A stretch of DNA of 64,000 nucleotides from Alloascoidea hylecoeti (Eukaryota), in contig BCKZ01000003.1 of NCBI GenBank assembly GCA_001600815.1, positions 1 to 64,000 on the forward strand, written 5' to 3'. Position numbers and translations under genes: made by a program. Shown one piece after another: positions 61,130 through 64,000 of this stretch (positions are counted from its first letter, which is position 1; each line of letters opens with the position of its first letter). A model generated the notes under the pieces. It was not told the origin of the DNA. It searched no databases and worked only from the letters and a program-made list of their open reading frames with translations.

Positions 61130-63532
61130 TTAAAAATTCAAATAGCTTGGAATATCAATATGAAATCTTTTTAAACTTTCATCAGGTTTTTTATTTTTAA
61201 AACAACAATTAAAATCAATTAAAAATAATATTAAAATTTCAAATGATATATTCAAAGTTGGTGAAAACATCATACAAATATTTGTTAAATTCATTTTATT
61301 AAAATTGGAATTTAATATAATTTTATTTAAATAATTAAAAATTATAAATAAAATATCATAATTTTCTTTCGATAATTTTTCATTTACTAAAAATTGACAA
61401 TTTAATCTTGATTGTCTAAAATTTTTTAAATTTGGATTTGAAATTAATTTGAATTCTGGTGCTAAATTTTTATTATCTTTACCTGTTAATAAATTATTTG
61501 GTAATTCTCTTAAATATAATTTAATTAAACTTGTAACTGAAAAAACATCATATTGAAATTCATTATCACAATTATATTCGTTTTTAGTTAAATCAAAATC
61601 ATCACCATTTTGAAATTTTGTTTTTAAAAATTTAATTGTGGATGTAGATCCATTTAATCTCCATATGCCAACTTCTAAATGGGAATTTTTGTATTCCAAA
61701 TATTGAAAACATCTATAAATTATTAAAGGAACCATATGTCCATCTATAAAATGAAATGATTTGTCCAAACATTTTTCTAATGATAAACCAAATATATTAT
61801 TTTCATTATAATTTATAGTCGTATCACTTATTTTCAAGTGTGTAGGATTAAAATCATAATCAGATTCTGTTGATTCTACTGTTGATTCCATTGTTGATTC
61901 GGATTGTTGTGGTGATTTATGTGCAAAAGGTTTTAATAAATAACTTATTGACGATCTACTAGAATTTGTAATTGATGAAGTTATTGATAATGATATTCTT
62001 CTTCTATGTGAATTTGTATTTGAAGTTGAAGTTGAAGTTGAATTTGAATTTGCTTTTGAAGTTGAAGTTGAATTTGAATTTGAATCTGTATTTGCAATTG
62101 CAATTGAATTTAAATTTGGACTAGTGCTAATACCAGAAATTGTATTTGAAGGCAATGACCTTCTTTTATTATGATTATTTGCATTTGAAATTGTATTGGT
62201 ATTAGTTGGACTAATATTAGGACTTATTGGTACAAAGTGCACTGTTGGGGTAGATGACGATATTGGGATAGGATTAGCAACAGTATGATGAAAGGTTGGG
62301 TTAAGTTCGTATAAATCTGATCTTAATTCATTGAAAATATTGGGATATTCTAATATTGTTGAATGACTGCTACCAATATCATTACCAATATCATTACCAA
62401 TATCATTACCAATATCATTACCAATATCACTACCAATATCATTACCAATATCACTACCAATATCACTACCAATACTATCATCACTAGTGTTATCAGTATT
62501 ATTAATTTGTGTCTGTTCTTTTAATTCCGGTATTAAATCTTTTAATAATCCAATCCAATCTTTATATTCATTTAAATCATCAATCCAAAAAGCATATTCT
62601 TTATAACTAAAATCTCTTTGGCGCTCGAAGATTGTGAAGCAATAATGTTCATTTCCATTTTTATTTGATTGTTCCTTCCATAACTTGCAATAAGATAATT
62701 GTGATAATTTAAGTGATATTGAAAATAAAATAGTTTTCTTTTCATAACCACTTATTGATTTCTCATAAACATTTAAATAAGATTGACTTACAATTGAATA
62801 TCTCATTTTGAAATTCCAACCCCCATTTAAAACATTCTTCTTTCTTTTTATAGTTAAAAAGCCTTCTTTTAAAATCAATTCATTTGTAATTGGCATAATA
62901 CATGGTGAAACATCTGTTGATAATAATTTGCAAATTTTAATTAAAACATCTTTTGGTAAAATTGGTACTGATAAAATACTTGAAAAATAATTTGTTAAAT
63001 TTTGATAACTATTTGATACTGAATGAAAATTTGAATGTAATGATAAAAAATATGAAAATTTTGGTAAATTGGGTAAACAAAAATTATCTAATCTTTGATT
63101 TTTTAAATCGTTATCAAACTTCGTTAAATCTGCATGACTTTTAGAAACCCTCCATAATTCTTTATTGGTATTCTTATCTGAACAGATTAAATCATAAAAG
63201 CAAGTATTGTTTAATTTTTTTTTAACATGATTAATGTTTATATTTCTAAGGCTTTTACTTCTCAATTGATTAGTATTCATATTATCATTATGGGTTTTAA
63301 AGCTAGAAGTAACTTTTATTTTGATATCTTTTAATTCTGATGGTTGAACAAATAGTTTCAAATTTGGATCAATTTTATTATCATCTCTCATTAAAATAGC
63401 AAACGAACGAATCCCAACATTTTTATCTTCACTACAGCTAATGGATTTCGAATCTATAGCCAGATCTGAATCATATGCATTAGTTGTTAACTTAAGGACT
63501 TCATCTATAGTTGGTGGTACTGAAAATTCCAT
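61130..63532 (-). CDS. PX-PH-RhoGAP protein, Bem3-like
   Basis: PX-like ELWRVSKS..L.KFD, PH-like KEGFLTIKRKK..GGW, and RhoGAP IFGLSL..VPLIIYRCFQYLE..GIWRLNGS..KLYLRELP..NKMNLTNICMMFSPTL. Confidence 0.8.
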   Translation of the reverse strand: MEFSVPPTIDEVLKLTTNAYDSDLAIDSKSISCSEDKNVGIRSFAILMRDDNKIDPNLKLFVQPSELKDIKIKVTSSFKTHNDNMNTNQLRSKSLRNININHVKKKLNNTCFYDLICSDKNTNKELWRVSKSHADLTKFDNDLKNQRLDNFCLPNLPKFSYFLSLHSNFHSVSNSYQNLTNYFSSILSVPILPKDVLIKICKLLSTDVSPCIMPITNELILKEGFLTIKRKKNVLNGGWNFKMRYSIVSQSYLNVYEKSISGYEKKTILFSISLKLSQLSYCKLWKEQSNKNGNEHYCFTIFERQRDFSYKEYAFWIDDLNEYKDWIGLLKDLIPELKEQTQINNTDNTSDDSIGSDIGSDIGNDIGSDIGNDIGNDIGNDIGNDIGSSHSTILEYPNIFNELRSDLYELNPTFHHTVANPIPISSSTPTVHFVPISPNISPTNTNTISNANNHNKRRSLPSNTISGISTSPNLNSIAIANTDSNSNSTSTSKANSNSTSTSTSNTNSHRRRISLSITSSITNSSRSSISYLLKPFAHKSPQQSESTMESTVESTESDYDFNPTHLKISDTTINYNENNIFGLSLEKCLDKSFHFIDGHMVPLIIYRCFQYLEYKNSHLEVGIWRLNGSTSTIKFLKTKFQNGDDFDLTKNEYNCDNEFQYDVFSVTSLIKLYLRELPNNLLTGKDNKNLAPEFKLISNPNLKNFRQSRLNCQFLVNEKLSKENYDILFIIFNYLNKIILNSNFNKMNLTNICMMFSPTLNISFEILILFLIDFNCCFKNKKPDESLKRFHIDIPSYLNF
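62371..62473. repeat. 12-bp coding minisatellite (DIGN/DIGS x~8)
   Basis: Tandem TACCAATATCA(T/C) units. Confidence 0.9.
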
Positions 63533-64000
63533 TATTTGAATATTTTTAGAAGTGTATAAAAATTTTAAGAGATGATATGTAATTGAATAATGAAGAATGA
63601 TAAATGCACTTTGATTGAAAATATAGCCTATAGCTTACTTTTCGTTTAGATGAATCTAGCCTTATTTAGCCATGCACAAACAAGCTAATTTATTGCTTGT
63701 TTTCCTGTTTCGTAAATGACATGAACTCATAATACACAAGGATTTATATGCTAAAAGTGTCATTTTGGTTTGCTTTTTATTTTATCAATATTCTTTCTTA
63801 ATTATTGTTATTTTTGATTGCTTCGTGATTATCCCTTTTTTTAACATGGGATGTTAAAGATTAATTTGATTTAAATCATTAAACGCAGGGATGCAGATGA
63901 CCGTTAGAGTACAAAGAAACAAATGTATGACACACTTTCTACAACTAGATAATTAATGTAATATCAATTGAATATATTCAGTATATTTTTGGATTTTATT

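Overview
AT-rich eukaryotic DNA from an intron-containing budding yeast (Saccharomycotina-like). Introns are short GT-AG introns with ACTAAC-type branch points. CTG sits at conserved Leu positions in CDC28 and MON1, consistent with the standard code. The first ~3.4 kb is a tangle of rearranged Ty1/copia-like gag and LTR-like fragments. Housekeeping genes follow: GWT1, importin-alpha SRP1, an Stp-family zinc finger, RIA1/EFL1, a 4-RRM protein, MCT1, CDC28, an Mps2/Kms-like protein and a ROM-type RhoGEF. An accessory island at ~33-42.6 kb carries three intact metacaspases, two of them a near-identical head-to-head inverted pair, next to a solo Ty3/gypsy Gag-capsid-like gene. After it come GPI7, REI1, NUP82, SDH8, BNA3, BIT61-like, MON1, RRP6, a decayed ORF and a BEM3-like RhoGAP. 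The best leads are the metacaspase/Gag island, two inverted-repeat structures that could act as invertible switches, and a GC-rich MON1-BIT61 junction with only 24 bp between tandem ORFs. All calls come from reading the sequence by eye; no searches were run.
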